A stretch of 64,000 nucleotides of DNA, taken from assembly GCF_003334355.1 (NCBI RefSeq), contig NZ_QOWP01000004.1; one strand, 5' to 3'. The notes beneath the pieces are model-generated. The model was not told the DNA's origin, searched no databases, and saw only the letters and a list, made by a program, of their open reading frames with translations. A program made the position numbers and the translations under genes. Positions 38,625 to 54,246 of this stretch are shown piece by piece. Position 1 is the stretch's first letter; every line of letters starts with the position of its first letter. The DNA comes from Escherichia coli (lineage in GTDB: Bacteria > Pseudomonadota > Gammaproteobacteria > Enterobacterales > Enterobacteriaceae).

Positions 38625-39146
38625 TTAACGCAGTCGCCCTCTCGCCAGGTTCAGCCGCGATTCGCTCATCTGCATCGCATTCTGACTAACGTGGCAGTGG
38701 GTGATGGCAATCGCCAGCGCATCGGCGGCATCCGCCTGTGGATTAGCGGGCAGTTTCAGCAAGGTGCGGACCATATGCTGCACCTGGCTTTTTTCGGCAC
38801 TACCAATACCTACCACCGTTTGCTTTACCTGACGTGCCGCGTATTCAAATACTGGCAACTCCTGATTCACCGCCGCCACAATCGCCACGCCGCGCGCCTG
38901 GCCCAGTTTCAGGGCTGAGTCAGCATTCTTTGCCATAAAGACTTGTTCAATGGCGAAATAATCAGGCTGGAACTGGGTGATGATTTCCGTCACGCCCGCA
39001 TAGATGAGTTTCAGACGAGACGGTAAATCATCCACTTTGGTGCGTATGCATCCGCTACCCAGGTAGGACAGTTGCCTACCTACCTGGCGGATGACGCCGT
39101 AGCCGGTCACGCGCGAACCCGGATCAATGCCGAGAATAATAGCCAT
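38625..39146 (-). CDS. ruvC: RuvC, Holliday junction resolvase
   Basis: ATG at 39146 gives 173 aa starting [18 protein letters not shown]. Confidence 0.93.
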
Positions 39147-39180
39147 CACGCGTCTCCGTTTTGCTGTTTAGCAGGCCTCA

Positions 39181-39921
39181 TCAGAGAGTCGCTGCGACCT
39201 CATCAGAGATTTCACCGTTATGGTAAACTTCCTGCACGTCGTCGCAATCTTCCAGCATATCGATCAGACGCATCAGTTTCGGTGCGGTTTCTGCATCCAT
39301 ATCAGCTTTGGTAGACGGGATCATGGAAACTTCCGCGCTGTCTGCTTTCAGACCTGCCGCTTCCAGAGCGTCGCGCACTTTACCCATTTCTTCCCATGCA
39401 GTGTAGACATCAATCGCGCCGTCATCATAGGTCACAACGTCTTCAGCACCTGCTTCCAGTGCTGCTTCCATGATGGTGTCTTCATCGCCTTTCTCGAAGG
39501 AGATGACGCCTTTTTTGCTGAACAGATAGGCTACGGAACCATCAGTACCGAGGTTACCGCCACATTTGCTGAATGCATGACGCACTTCAGCAACGGTACG
39601 GTTGCGGTTGTCAGACAGACATTCAATCATGATTGCCGTGCCGCCAGGACCGTAACCTTCGTAGATGATGGTTTCCATGTTCGCATCATCATCACCGCCC
39701 ACACCACGTGCAATTGCGCGGTTCAGAGTGTCACGGGTCATGTTGTTAGACAGTGCTTTATCCACCGCTGCACGCAGACGCGGGTTAGCGTCCGGATCGC
39801 CACCGCCCAGCTTAGCCGCGGTTACCAGCTCACGAATGATTTTAGTGAAGATTTTACCGCGCTTAGCATCCTGCGCAGCTTTACGATGTCTGGTGTTGGC
39901 CCATTTACTATGACCTGCCAT
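39181..39921 (-). CDS. yebC: YebC, YebC/PmpR-family transcriptional regulator
   Basis: 246-aa ORF, ATG start, [23 protein letters not shown]. Confidence 0.93.
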
Positions 39922-39949
39922 AAAAATATCTCCAGATAGCCCTGCCTGT

Positions 39950-40402
39950 TCAGGCAGCGTTAATTACAAACTGTTCAATCGCCTGCCGGTTGCTCCAGGA
40001 CTTAGTGAGCGCCGCGGCAGCAGGCGCATCAAGCCACTTGTAAGCCAGATGTTCAGTGAAGACTACCTGGCGTTCGTGCGGGAGCGCAAGACAGAACCAT
40101 GATTCCGTATTACGCGTCACGCCCGGCGCATAGCGATGACGTAAATGTGAAAAAATTTCAAACTCTACCGTGCGCTGACAGTCAATTAAGGTCAGTTGTT
40201 CAGCGACAACATCAATGGTGACCTCTTCCTTTACTTCGCGCATGGCAGCTTGCGGCGCGGTTTCACCCTCTTCCACGCTGCCGGTTACCGACTGCCAGAA
40301 ATCGGGGTCATCACGCCGCTGCAACATCAGCACCCGTTTCGTATCTTGTGCGTAGATGACCACTAAGATCGAAACGGGACGCTTATACACTTTATCCTTC
40401 AC
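39950..40402 (-). CDS. nudB: NudB, dihydroneopterin triphosphate pyrophosphatase (Nudix)
   Basis: GTG at 40402 gives 150 aa starting (M)[10 protein letters not shown]; Nudix box [21 protein letters not shown]; upstream in-frame ATG at 40459 is an alternative. Confidence 0.8.
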
Positions 40403-40519
40403 GCTGCCTCTTCGTTGACTGCCTTCGCTCATCCCATTCACATAGTTATCTATGCTCATGGGAGTTCACTCAGTTGCCGCCTTGATGCAACGCGAATGAT
40501 TTCGTGTATTTGAGTCATA

Positions 40520-42292
40520 TCAGTTATTCTCAGCCTTCTTCACAACCTGAATGCTCAGCTCAGCCAGTGCAGTCGGGTTAGCAAAGCTCGGTGCTTCAGT
40601 CATCAGACACGCTGCCGCCGTGGTTTTCGGGAAGGCGATAACGTCACGGATATTGTCGGTGCCAGTCAGCAGCATGGTCAGACGGTCAAGACCGAATGCC
40701 AGACCTGCGTGCGGCGGAGTACCGTATTTCAGGGCGTCGAGCAGGAAGCCGAATTTCTCGCGCTGTTCCTCTTCGTTGATACCCAGAATACCAAACACCG
40801 TCTGCTGCATATCACCATTATGGATACGTACTGAACCACCGCCCACTTCGTAACCATTGATGACCATATCGTAAGCGTTCGCCACCGCATTTTCCGGTGC
40901 AGCTTTCAGTTCTGCAGCAGTCATGTCTTTCGGTGAGGTGAACGGATGGTGCATTGCCGTCAGGCCGCCTTCACCGTCGTCTTCAAACATCGGGAAGTCG
41001 ATAACCCACAGCGGTGCCCATTTGCTTTCGTCGGTCAGACCAAGGTCTTTACCCACTTTCAGGCGCAGTGCGCCCATCGCGTCGGCAACAATTTTCTTGT
41101 TGTCGGCACCGAAGAAAATCATATCGCCATCTTGCGCGGCAGTACGATCCAGGATGGCTTCGATGATTTCTGCATTAAGGAACTTCGCTACCGGGCTGTT
41201 GATACCTTCCAGACCTTTCGCGCGTTCGTTAACTTTGATGTAAGCCAGACCTTTCGCGCCGTAGATTTTAACGAAGTTACCGTATTCGTCGATCTGCTTA
41301 CGGGTCAGCGATGCGCCACCCGGAACACGTAGAGCGGCAACACGGCCTTTCGGATCGTTCGCCGGCCCCGCAAATACTGCAAACTCAACAGATTTCAGCA
41401 GATCGGCAACGTCGGTCAGTTCCATCGGGTTACGCAGATCCGGTTTATCAGAACCATAACGGCGTTCTGCTTCCGCAAAGGTCATTACCGGGAAATCGCC
41501 CAGATCCACGCCCTTCACTTCCAGCCACAAATGACGCACCAGCGCTTCCATCACTTCACGCACTTGCGGCGCGGTCATGAAAGAAGTTTCCACATCGATC
41601 TGAGTAAATTCAGGCTGACGATCAGCGCGCAGGTCTTCGTCACGGAAGCATTTAACGATCTGATAGTAGCGGTCAAAGCCGGACATCATCAGCAGCTGTT
41701 TGAACAACTGCGGGGATTGTGGCAGCGCGTAGAATTTACCTTTGTGCACACGAGAAGGCACCAGGTAGTCACGCGCGCCTTCCGGCGTGGCTTTGGTCAG
41801 CATCGGAGTTTCGATGTCGAGGAAGCCGTGGTCATCCATAAAACGGCGCACCAGGCTGGTGATTTTAGCGCGGGTTTTCAGGCGCTGAGCCATTTCCGGG
41901 CGACGCAGGTCGAGGTAGCGGTATTTCAGACGCGCTTCTTCGGTGTTGACGTGGTTAGAGTCAAGCGGCAGAACATCTGCGCGGTTGATGATAGTCAGCG
42001 AGGACGCCAGCACTTCGATTTCGCCGGTCGCCATATCGCGGTTAATATTTTTTTCGTCACGCGCACGTACGGTGCCCGTGACCTGAATGCAGAACTCATT
42101 ACGCAGTTCAGAGGCCAGCTTTAACGCGTCCGCACGATCCGGATCGAAAAATACCTGCACGATACCTTCGCGGTCGCGCATATCGATGAAGATCAGGCTA
42201 CCAAGATCACGACGACGGTTGACCCAACCACACAGAGTCACCTGCTGCCCCACGTGGGACAAACGGAGCTGTCCACAATATTCTGTACGCAT
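40520..42292 (-). CDS. aspS: AspS, aspartyl-tRNA synthetase
   Basis: 590-aa ORF, ATG start; class II aaRS motifs. Confidence 0.96.
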
Positions 42293-42601
42293 GAGATATC
42301 CCTTAACTTAGCTGCCGGCGGATGCCCCCTGCTGCGCAGGTGACCAAGTCGCAGCGTTAGCTGTATGTCACAACTGAATGAAAAAAGGCGGCTATTATAC
42401 TGGAAATTCTGCCGCACCGTAAGAGCCTGGCCCGCGCTGGAACGCCTCGTTACCACTTTATATCGGGCCTGAAATCAGACTCTACGCCAGTTTGCTATAA
42501 AGGTGTTGCCCGAACTCATAAAAATTAACAAAATTTGTCGTTCCGCCATCGGCTAATCGCATTAAGGTGTGAGGCACGATTTTGTTTTTTCAGGAGTCAG
42601 C

Positions 42602-43168
42602 ATGCTTGAACTTAATGCTAAAACCACTGCGTTGGTGGTGATCGATTTACAAGAAGGCATCTTACCTTTTGCCGGTGGTCCACATACTGCCGATGAGGTA
42701 GTTAATCGCGCCGGGAAGCTGGCGGCGAAATTTCGCGCCAGCGGTCAGCCCGTGTTTCTGGTGCGCGTTGGCTGGTCTGCCGATTACGCCGAAGCATTAA
42801 AACAGCCGGTTGATGCCCCCTCCCCCGCTAAAGTGTTGCCCGAAAACTGGTGGCAACATCCAGCTGCATTAGGTGCAACTGACAGTGATATCGAAATCAT
42901 CAAACGTCAGTGGGGTGCGTTTTACGGTACGGATCTGGAGTTGCAATTACGCCGCCGAGGTATCGATACAATAGTGTTATGTGGGATCTCGACCAATATC
43001 GGTGTTGAATCCACCGCCCGCAATGCCTGGGAACTTGGCTTTAATCTGGTGATTACCGAAGACGCCTGTAGTGCCGCCAGCGCCGAGCAGCACAATAACA
43101 GCATCAACCATATCTACCCACGCATCGCCCGTGTGCGCAGTGTGGAAGAGATCCTTCACGCGTTATGA
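42602..43168 (+). CDS. yecD: YecD, isochorismatase-family hydrolase
   Basis: ATG at 42602 gives 188 aa starting [17 protein letters not shown]. Confidence 0.88.
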   Translation: MLELNAKTTALVVIDLQEGILPFAGGPHTADEVVNRAGKLAAKFRASGQPVFLVRVGWSADYAEALKQPVDAPSPAKVLPENWWQHPAALGATDSDIEIIKRQWGAFYGTDLELQLRRRGIDTIVLCGISTNIGVESTARNAWELGFNLVITEDACSAASAEQHNNSINHIYPRIARVRSVEEILHAL

Positions 43169-43983
43169 TTTACATCGGTCTACCGCAATGGTCGCATCCT
43201 AAATGGGTGCGGTTGGGGATCACCAGCCTTGAAGAGTATGCCCGCCACTTTAACTGCGTGGAGGGCAACACCACGCTTTACGCCCTGCCGAAACCCGAGG
43301 TTGTCCTGCGCTGGCGTGAGCAGACCACAGATGACTTCCGCTTCTGTTTTAAGTTTCCGGCGACCATTTCGCATCAGGCAGCATTACGGCATTGCGATGA
43401 TTTAGTGACTGAATTTTTGACCCGCATGTCACCGTTGGCTCCGCGCATTGGGCAATACTGGCTGCAACTGCCTGCCACATTCGGCCCACGGGAGCTGCCT
43501 GCGCTTTGGAATTTTCTCGATTCTCTCCCTGGCGAATTTAATTATGGTGTGGAAGTCCGCCATCCACAGTTTTTCGCCAAAGGGGAAGAGGAACAAACGC
43601 TTAATCGCGGTTTACATCAGCGCGGCGTTAATCGGGTGATTTTAGACAGCCGCCCGGTTCATGCAGCATGTCCACACAGTGAAGCTATTCGCAACGCTCA
43701 ACGAAAAAAACCTAAAGTTCCGGTACATGCTGTACTGACGGCGACAAATCCGCTGATTCGTTTTATCGGTAGTGATGATATGACGCAAAACCGGGAATTA
43801 TTTCAGGTCTGGTTACAGAAATTAGCGCAGTGGCATCAGACCACTACGCCTTATCTTTTTTTACATACGCCAGATATTGCCCAGGCCCCGGAACTGGTAC
43901 ATACCCTGTGGGAAGACTTACATAAAACGCTTCCAGAGATCGGAGCAGTTCCGGCTATTCCACAGCAATCTTCTCTTTTCTGA
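43165..43983 (+). CDS. yecE: YecE, DUF72 family protein
   Basis: 272-aa ORF; ATGA overlap with yecD. Confidence 0.88.
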   Translation: MIYIGLPQWSHPKWVRLGITSLEEYARHFNCVEGNTTLYALPKPEVVLRWREQTTDDFRFCFKFPATISHQAALRHCDDLVTEFLTRMSPLAPRIGQYWLQLPATFGPRELPALWNFLDSLPGEFNYGVEVRHPQFFAKGEEEQTLNRGLHQRGVNRVILDSRPVHAACPHSEAIRNAQRKKPKVPVHAVLTATNPLIRFIGSDDMTQNRELFQVWLQKLAQWHQTTTPYLFLHTPDIAQAPELVHTLWEDLHKTLPEIGAVPAIPQQSSLF

Positions 43984-44035
43984 ATTTGCCACCTATCATA
44001 GACAGGTGCAATCGGCCATTTTAAAGGGAGTTTGT

Positions 44036-46183
<2,148 letters not shown>

Positions 46184-46196
46184 AGGTCTGGTATTA

Positions 46197-46300
46197 CTGC
46201 CGGATGCGGCGTGAACGCCTTATCCGGCCTACAAAACCTTGCTAATTCAATATATTGCAGGGACTATGTAGGCCTGATAAGCATAGCGCATCAGGCAGCT
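46197..46300. repeat. Inverted REP pair (BIME-like) between cmoB and torZ
   Basis: gccggatgcggcgtgaacgccttatccggcctac and an inverted partner gtaggcctgataagcatagcgcatcaggcag. Confidence 0.75.
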
Positions 46301-46347
46301 TTACGTTTGCATAACCTCAGCGCCCGTTTCCGGGCGCTATTCACTTC

Positions 46348-48777
46348 TTATGCCTGAATAGCTGGCTGATCAAACGCCGTTAACTTCGGCGCATTGCCCG
46401 TATATTTTTCGATATACACCAGCGCAGAGTTACCGGCACAGGCATTTGCCAGCTGCGAGCTGGGGATATCCGCCGTTAACACGTTCGCACTGCCGTTTTT
46501 ACACAAGCCATTTTCCAGATCTGGCCATGCACCTTCATGCACGCATACCACGCCTTTTTTGATCCCGTCAGTCACCACCGCGCCTGTCAGAATCTGACCA
46601 CGTTTGTTCCACACACGCACCAGATCACCATTCGCAATACCAAAGCGAGCAGCATCTTCGGTGTGAATAGTGATTGGTTCACGATCTGCAACCGCATATT
46701 TTTTACGCAGTTCCGCATAGTTAAGCTGACTATGTAAACGGTGTGCCGGATGTGCGGTCAGAAGCTGCAACTGCTTCTCGTCGGCGGTACCCTTCCACTC
46801 ATCAGGCGCAAGCCAGGTTGGGTGTGCCGGGCAATCCTTATAGCCAAATTTTTCCAGCGTTTTGGAGTAAATCTCAATTTTGCCGCTTGGCGTACCCAGC
46901 GCATTTTTCACCGGATCGGCGCGGAAATCACCATAACGAACGTACTGTTCGTTCTTCTCGCTGCGGCGCATTTCGATCAGTTTATTTTGCTGCCAGAAGG
47001 CATTAAACATCGGCATAGTCACGCGTTGCGCACGGGCACCTTTCTGAGCGGCATCATAGAAAAATTTCAGCCACGCCATTTCATCTTTACCTTCGGTATA
47101 GATCTCTTTTCCGCCAGGTTTGAGTAATTCCGCAAGATCGGCAAACACATCAAAATCGTTTCGCGCTTCAAATTGCGGAGCAACAACCTGCTTCATCGGC
47201 ACAATATGCTGGTTGCTGTAATCACCGGTCATCGTTAAGTCATTGCGCTCAAACGATGTGGTGATCGGTAATACGATATCTGCATGTTTAGCAGCTGCGG
47301 TCCAGTAGCATTCAGAAACGACGATCATCTCCGGTTTCTGCCATGCTTTAATCAGACGATTAGTATCCTGGTGATGGGTAAAGTTACCGCCACCCGCCCA
47401 CCAGATCATTTTGATATTCGGATACGTTTGCTCTTTACCGTTATGCTGATATTTGCCGCCAGGATTTTCCAGCGCATCGACGATACGGGCAACAGGAATC
47501 GCCGTCATTCCGCCATCATCAGCGGCCTCGCTGGCCTGTCCGGCAATCGCCGCAGACATTTCCGGCAGCACGCCGCCAACACGTGTCGGGTTGCCACCAT
47601 TGGAGTAATGATAAGAGAAACCAAAACCGCCGCCCGGTGTACCAATCTGCCCTAACATCGCCGCCAGCGTCACCAGCATCCAGTGTTTCTGTTCACCATA
47701 TTGCTGGCGCTGAATTCCCCAGCCTGCCATCAGCATTGTGCGATTCGCCGCCATCAGTTCAGCGAGTTTGACTATCTGCGCTTCCGGTACGCCAGTAATT
47801 TCCGCCGCCCAGGCCGCGCTCTTCGGAGTATTATCGCTCTTACCTGTCAGATATTCTTCAAACTGCGGATACCCGGTGGTGTATTTTTCAAGGAACACTT
47901 TATCGTGTTTGCCTTGTGTCATCAGGGTATGCGCAATCCCTAACATCAGTGCCACGTCGGTGCCCATATTCGGCGCGATCCAGGTGGCATTATCGCCAAA
48001 GAACTCAATGGTTTCGGAGCGGATAGGATCAATGGCAATCACTGGTTTGCCAGATTTTTTCAGCTGATGGAAGTATTCCAGCCCTTGCTCATCGGTACTG
48101 CTCCAGGCAATTTTTAAGGTATTCAGCGGGTTCATCCCCCACAGCACCACAACCTGGCTGTTTTCCAGAATCAGCGGCCAGGAGGTCTGCTGTTCATACA
48201 CCTCTACAGAACCGACCACATGCGGCATGATCACCTGTGCTGCCCCGGTTGAATAATCGCCGCTATGCCCGGAATAACCGCCCGCGAGGTTCATATAACG
48301 TTGCAGTAAGGTTTGCGCTTTATGCAACACGCCAGAAGAGCGCCAGCCGTAAGATCCGGCAAAAATGGCCGATGGTCCGTTAGCTTTACGAATACGATCG
48401 TGTTGCTCATGAATCAGTTTTAATGCTTGTTCCCAGCTCACCTGTACATAGGTATCTTCGCCTCGACCTTTCGCCGGTTGCAGTGGATTATCGAGATAGC
48501 TTTTTCTCACCATCGGATGCTGAATACGCGCCGTGGTGTGTACCTGATCCGCCGCCGTAGACTGTAAGGAGTTCGGTATGGTTTTCGCCAGCGCGCCTGT
48601 CGAAGAAACAATCTTGCCGTCCTTCACTTCTACGTTCATCGCTCCCCAGCGTCCCGCGGTGAGGATTTTACCGCCCTTCTCTTCTGCCCATGCGGGTAGC
48701 GGTGCTGCCGATGTCACCACCAGCGCTCCAGCGGCAATACCGCTGTGTTTAATAAATTCACGTCTTGTTAATGTCAT
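46348..48777 (-). CDS. torZ: TorZ (BisZ), molybdopterin TMAO / biotin-sulfoxide reductase
   Basis: ATG at 48777 gives 809 aa; twin-arginine signal [21 protein letters not shown]. Confidence 0.93.
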   Translation of the reverse strand: MTLTRREFIKHSGIAAGALVVTSAAPLPAWAEEKGGKILTAGRWGAMNVEVKDGKIVSSTGALAKTIPNSLQSTAADQVHTTARIQHPMVRKSYLDNPLQPAKGRGEDTYVQVSWEQALKLIHEQHDRIRKANGPSAIFAGSYGWRSSGVLHKAQTLLQRYMNLAGGYSGHSGDYSTGAAQVIMPHVVGSVEVYEQQTSWPLILENSQVVVLWGMNPLNTLKIAWSSTDEQGLEYFHQLKKSGKPVIAIDPIRSETIEFFGDNATWIAPNMGTDVALMLGIAHTLMTQGKHDKVFLEKYTTGYPQFEEYLTGKSDNTPKSAAWAAEITGVPEAQIVKLAELMAANRTMLMAGWGIQRQQYGEQKHWMLVTLAAMLGQIGTPGGGFGFSYHYSNGGNPTRVGGVLPEMSAAIAGQASEAADDGGMTAIPVARIVDALENPGGKYQHNGKEQTYPNIKMIWWAGGGNFTHHQDTNRLIKAWQKPEMIVVSECYWTAAAKHADIVLPITTSFERNDLTMTGDYSNQHIVPMKQVVAPQFEARNDFDVFADLAELLKPGGKEIYTEGKDEMAWLKFFYDAAQKGARAQRVTMPMFNAFWQQNKLIEMRRSEKNEQYVRYGDFRADPVKNALGTPSGKIEIYSKTLEKFGYKDCPAHPTWLAPDEWKGTADEKQLQLLTAHPAHRLHSQLNYAELRKKYAVADREPITIHTEDAARFGIANGDLVRVWNKRGQILTGAVVTDGIKKGVVCVHEGAWPDLENGLCKNGSANVLTADIPSSQLANACAGNSALVYIEKYTGNAPKLTAFDQPAIQA

Positions 48778-48801
48778 AACTTCCTCCCTGATCAACGAGG
48801 A

Positions 48802-49902
48802 TCACTGTTTCTCGGTAATATCTTTGGCGTTGTACTGGAAATACCGCGTTAAAATGTCCAGTTCGTTTTCGCTCATGCTGGTTCGTGCCCCCATTCCTTT
48901 GGCAATGGACGGCCACGCATTGACGGTGTAATGGTCGGCGGCAATAGGGGCATGACAACCAGCGCAATAGGTATCGTCAAGTTTTTCAGCGTATTGCCAT
49001 AGCGGTTTACGGTCCGCTAATGCGGGATCGGTAAGCGCACCCTGTAAAGACGCCTGACGCCATTGATTGCCGTATTCGTCAGCCTGCCATTCCCCGTTTA
49101 CCGTGAGCGCCTTGATACCTTCTTCACTTAATGTGGCTAGCGCCAGCCGTTGACCTGCCGCCAGGTAGAGCGTGTTTTCACTGCCCTGCATTTGATAACC
49201 CTGCAACAGAACGATCGGCTGTTTGCCACTGGCATCAACGACGGTGAGATCGGTACCAGGATTCACGGTAGCCAGCTCGCCTATGCGAGAAGTTTTGAAA
49301 GGATAAATATGTGCGCCATTAGTCACTGAAGTAGCGGTCTGACTTTCCAGCTCATGCGCCGCGTTGTCATCCATTTTTATTTCTGGCGGAAAATGGGCAA
49401 TGCCTTTATGACAATCGATACAGGTTTCGCCGCCCTTTTGTGCTTTGTTATGCATTTTCTGCGCAGATTCACTTTGCGAGGCAATATCCATGGCATCAAA
49501 AGAATGGCAACTACGGCACGTTGCAGAGTCAGTTGCTTTTAATTCTTTCCATACTGTTTCGGCCATTTCCTGGCGATGAGTTTCGAACTTATCGTCACTG
49601 TCTATTTTGCCGCTAACAAATTCATGATAAATATCTTTAGATGCTTTTAATTTAGCAAATAAATAATCCATCCCTGACTTTGGAATATGGCAATCGGCAC
49701 ATTCCGCACGTATCCCTTTCTGGTTCGAAAAGTGGACAGTTCCCTGATATTCCTCAAAAGGTTTACTCATCGAGTGGCAGGAAAGGCAAAATGCTGTATC
49801 CGACGTTTTATGTAAGGCTTTTTGCGCCAGCAATAACCCGCCGCCACCAACCACAACCGCTATCAGCAAAAACAATAACCCAATGCGTTTTTTCCCTCGC
49901 AT
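48802..49902 (-). CDS. torY: TorY, membrane-anchored pentahaem c-type cytochrome (NapC/NirT family)
   Basis: 366-aa ORF, ATG start; multiple CxxCH haem motifs (CLSCH, CADCH, CRSCH, CIDCH, CAGCH). Confidence 0.93.
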   Translation of the reverse strand: MRGKKRIGLLFLLIAVVVGGGGLLLAQKALHKTSDTAFCLSCHSMSKPFEEYQGTVHFSNQKGIRAECADCHIPKSGMDYLFAKLKASKDIYHEFVSGKIDSDDKFETHRQEMAETVWKELKATDSATCRSCHSFDAMDIASQSESAQKMHNKAQKGGETCIDCHKGIAHFPPEIKMDDNAAHELESQTATSVTNGAHIYPFKTSRIGELATVNPGTDLTVVDASGKQPIVLLQGYQMQGSENTLYLAAGQRLALATLSEEGIKALTVNGEWQADEYGNQWRQASLQGALTDPALADRKPLWQYAEKLDDTYCAGCHAPIAADHYTVNAWPSIAKGMGARTSMSENELDILTRYFQYNAKDITEKQ

Positions 49903-50210
49903 AGATTCCTCTAAATAAATTCCAGAACACCGAAATCATTGTATAATTAAATACACAACGAATTAACCGCTTGCATAACTCGGCACAACACTGCCTGAAA
50001 TAATCGATAAAGAATATGATTTATTACAATGTAATCATTAATTGCTAAGGAATAACCCAGTTGCTATTTAGAATATATATTTATCAGTTTTAGCAATTTA
50101 AATCCCATAATCAATGTGAATATAAAAAATATTTTTAGCACAACGCTATGCGCACTGTCACCCGCTCAACAGATCACGGTTATCGTTCGTTTTTTATACT
50201 GCTCAGGGAT

Positions 50211-51045
<835 letters not shown>

Positions 51046-51049
51046 TTAA

Positions 51050-51616
51050 TTACGCCGACTGCTCGCTGGCAACGATCTCTTCAATGGACCACGGATGAAA
51101 CTTAATAGTTGTTTTGCCATCGCTGACCGCCAGCGTCGGATTCGGTAATCGCTCATGCTCACCTTTTGGCGAACTGGTTTTCACTGAGATCCCCGGTAGG
51201 CTGAGTCCTTCATCAGAAAGCAATGCCAGCGCACGGGCATTCAGCGTTTCTGGATCACCCGGCAGAACGATTTCAATATGTTCCCAACCTTCGTGTGGGT
51301 AACGTTTTTCCCCGGGCCACGGTAGCTCCACAATAGAAAACTGCCAGTGCGCAACCTGTACCGGTTCATGCAATTTAAACAGACAAATCGGTCTGCCATT
51401 GATCATATTTTCTGACAAAAGCTCGCCACACTGTTCAAACCCGCGACGCCAGCGTTCAGCAGTGGCGTTTTGATGGCAACGCAAAGAAATGTGATCGGCA
51501 GTCAGCGGAGTGATATTCAACCCCAGACGGCGGGAAAGTTCATCTAATGCGTGGGTAAATCGCGGTAAATCCGATGCAATATCCTGCAGCTCGTCGATAG
51601 ATTGCCAGTTCGCCAT
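51050..51616 (-). CDS. yecM: YecM, putative metal-binding protein
   Basis: ATG at 51616 gives 188 aa starting MANWQSIDELQD. Confidence 0.85.
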   Translation of the reverse strand: MANWQSIDELQDIASDLPRFTHALDELSRRLGLNITPLTADHISLRCHQNATAERWRRGFEQCGELLSENMINGRPICLFKLHEPVQVAHWQFSIVELPWPGEKRYPHEGWEHIEIVLPGDPETLNARALALLSDEGLSLPGISVKTSSPKGEHERLPNPTLAVSDGKTTIKFHPWSIEEIVASEQSA

Positions 51617-51831
51617 AATCACTCTTCGTCTTTCAGTAAAAGCGTTAATTTACCCTGTTGCCCTGTGCCAACCAACCGCTGATTTCACGCCGCTTCTGAT
51701 GCAATAGTGAAAACGGCAATACGCCACGCGCACGTTGCTGACGAAAACAGCCATTTGCAGTATACTCCCGCCCTAATTTCTTTAACTGGTGCGGGCAATT
51801 TTTGCTCGCTTCATCAATGTAAGGTATTCCG

Positions 51832-53565
51832 GTGAATATTCAGGCTCTTCTCTCAGAAAAAGTCCGTCAGGCCATGATTGCGGCAGGCGCGCCTGCGGAT
51901 TGCGAACCGCAGGTTCGTCAGTCAGCAAAAGTTCAGTTCGGCGACTATCAGGCTAACGGCATGATGGCAGTTGCTAAAAAACTGGGTATGGCACCGCGAC
52001 AATTAGCAGAGCAGGTGCTGACTCATCTGGATCTTAACGGTATCGCCAGCAAAGTTGAGATCGCCGGTCCAGGCTTTATCAACATTTTCCTTGATCCGGC
52101 ATTCCTGGCTGAACATGTTCAGCAGGCGCTGGCGTCCGATCGTCTCGGTGTTGCTACGCCAGAAAAACAGACCATTGTGGTTGACTACTCTGCGCCAAAC
52201 GTGGCGAAAGAGATGCACGTCGGTCACCTGCGCTCTACCATTATTGGTGACGCAGCAGTGCGTACTCTGGAGTTCCTCGGTCACAAAGTGATTCGCGCAA
52301 ACCACGTCGGCGACTGGGGCACTCAGTTCGGTATGCTGATTGCATGGCTGGAAAAGCAGCAGCAGGAAAACGCCGGTGAAATGGAGCTGGCTGACCTTGA
52401 AGGTTTCTACCGCGATGCGAAAAAGCATTACGACGAAGATGAAGAGTTTGCCGAGCGTGCACGTAACTACGTGGTAAAACTGCAAAGCGGTGACGAATAT
52501 TTCCGCGAGATGTGGCGCAAACTGGTCGACATCACCATGACGCAGAACCAGATCACTTACGATCGTCTCAACGTGACGCTGACCCGTGATGACGTGATGG
52601 GCGAAAGCCTCTACAACCCAATGCTGCCAGGAATTGTGGCGGATCTCAAAGCCAAAGGTCTGGCAGTAGAAAGCGAAGGGGCGACCGTTGTATTCCTTGA
52701 TGAGTTTAAAAACAAGGAAGGCGAACCGATGGGCGTGATCATTCAGAAGAAAGATGGCGGCTATCTCTACACCACCACTGATATCGCCTGTGCGAAATAT
52801 CGTTATGAAACACTGCATGCCGATCGCGTGCTGTATTACATCGACTCCCGTCAGCATCAACACCTGATGCAGGCATGGGCGATCGTCCGTAAAGCAGGCT
52901 ATGTACCGGAATCCGTACCGCTGGAACACCACATGTTCGGCATGATGCTGGGTAAAGACGGCAAACCGTTCAAAACCCGCGCGGGTGGTACAGTGAAACT
53001 GGCCGATCTGCTGGATGAAGCCCTGGAACGTGCACGCCGTCTGGTGGCAGAAAAGAACCCGGATATGCCAGCCGACGAGCTGGAAAAACTGGCTAACGCG
53101 GTTGGTATTGGTGCGGTGAAATATGCGGATCTCTCCAAAAACCGCACCACGGACTACATCTTCGACTGGGACAACATGCTGGCGTTTGAGGGTAATACCG
53201 CGCCATACATGCAGTATGCTTACACGCGTGTATTGTCCGTGTTCCGTAAGGCAGAAATTAACGAAGAGCAACTGGCTGCAGCTCCGGTAATCATCCGTGA
53301 AGATCGTGAAGCGCAACTGGCAGCTCGCCTGCTGCAGTTTGAAGAAACCCTCACCGTGGTTGCCCGTGAAGGCACGCCGCATGTGATGTGTGCTTACCTG
53401 TACGATCTGGCTGGTCTGTTCTCTGGCTTCTACGAGCACTGCCCGATCCTCAGTGCAGAAAACGAAGAAGTGCGTAACAGCCGTCTGAAACTGGCACAAC
53501 TGACAGCGAAGACGCTAAAGCTGGGTCTGGATACGCTGGGTATTGAGACAGTAGAGCGTATGTAA
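51832..53565 (+). CDS. argS: ArgS, arginyl-tRNA synthetase
   Basis: 577-aa ORF starting [10 protein letters not shown]; first codon reads GTG; class I HIGH-type motif HVGH. Confidence 0.96.
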
Positions 53566-53583
53566 TCGATTTTTCGTGAGAGT

Positions 53584-53619
53584 AAAGCCTGATCAGGGTT
53601 ACCTGATCAGGCTTTTTTA
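53584..53619 (+). terminator. Rho-independent terminator of argS
   Basis: aaagcctgatcagg-gtta-cctgatcaggcttt followed by ttttatt. Confidence 0.8.
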
Positions 53620-53741
53620 TTGCCATCTAAATGTATTCTGAAAATGGACATGCCATTGTTTTCTCACTGTTGGATAAGAGGCCAGAAGCGTAATATCCGG
53701 CCCCAGGGAAACGATAACGGTTGAATTTAAGGAATACCGCA

Positions 53742-54230
53742 GTGTTTAAATTTCTTGTATTAACATTAGGCATTATCTCTTGCCAGGCTTACGCAGAAGA
53801 TACGGTTATAGTAAACGACCATGACATTTCAGCCATCAAAGATTGTTGGCAAAAAAATTCAGATGATGATACTGACGTTAACGTGATCAAATCATGCCTG
53901 CGACAAGAATACAATCTCGTCGATGCGCAATTAAATAAAGCCTATGGTGAAGCTTATCGTTATATAGAACAAGTGCCACGCACAGGTGTAAAAAAACCTG
54001 ATACCGAACAACTTAACTTGCTTAAAAAATCACAGCGAGCCTGGCTGGATTTTAGGGACAAAGAATGTGAATTAATCCTTTCAAATGAGGACGTTCAGGA
54101 TTTAAGTGACCCTTATTCTGAATCAGAATGGCTCTCATGTATGATCATACAGACCAATACGCGAACTCGCCAGTTGCAGCTATACCGTAACTCTGAAGAT
54201 TTTTATCCAAGCCCTTTGACAAGAGGATAA
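53742..54230 (+). CDS. yecT: YecT, secreted DUF1311 (LprI-like) protein of unknown function
   Basis: GTG at 53742 with AAGGA RBS 8 nt upstream gives 162 aa; signal peptide VFKFLVLTLGIISCQAYA; the ORF-track start at 53721 is TTG. Confidence 0.7.
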   Translation: MFKFLVLTLGIISCQAYAEDTVIVNDHDISAIKDCWQKNSDDDTDVNVIKSCLRQEYNLVDAQLNKAYGEAYRYIEQVPRTGVKKPDTEQLNLLKKSQRAWLDFRDKECELILSNEDVQDLSDPYSESEWLSCMIIQTNTRTRQLQLYRNSEDFYPSPLTRG

Positions 54231-54246
54231 TTCACATATTTTTGGC

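Noticed and set aside
40403-40459. Longer nudB start at ATG 40459
   Set aside because: The product I recall starts MKDKVYKRP (150 aa), fitting the GTG at 40402; the extension adds 19 non-conserved-looking residues. Kept as a low-probability alternative.
52003-53499. 498-aa ORF on the minus strand inside argS
   Set aside because: Fully antisense to a highly conserved essential gene, with low-complexity Cys/Phe/His/Arg-rich composition and no RBS context; an artefact of codon bias.
53721-53741. Longer yecT start at 53721 proposed by the ORF track
   Set aside because: The codon at 53721 is TTG and the AAGGA Shine-Dalgarno lies inside this extension, correctly spaced for the GTG at 53742.
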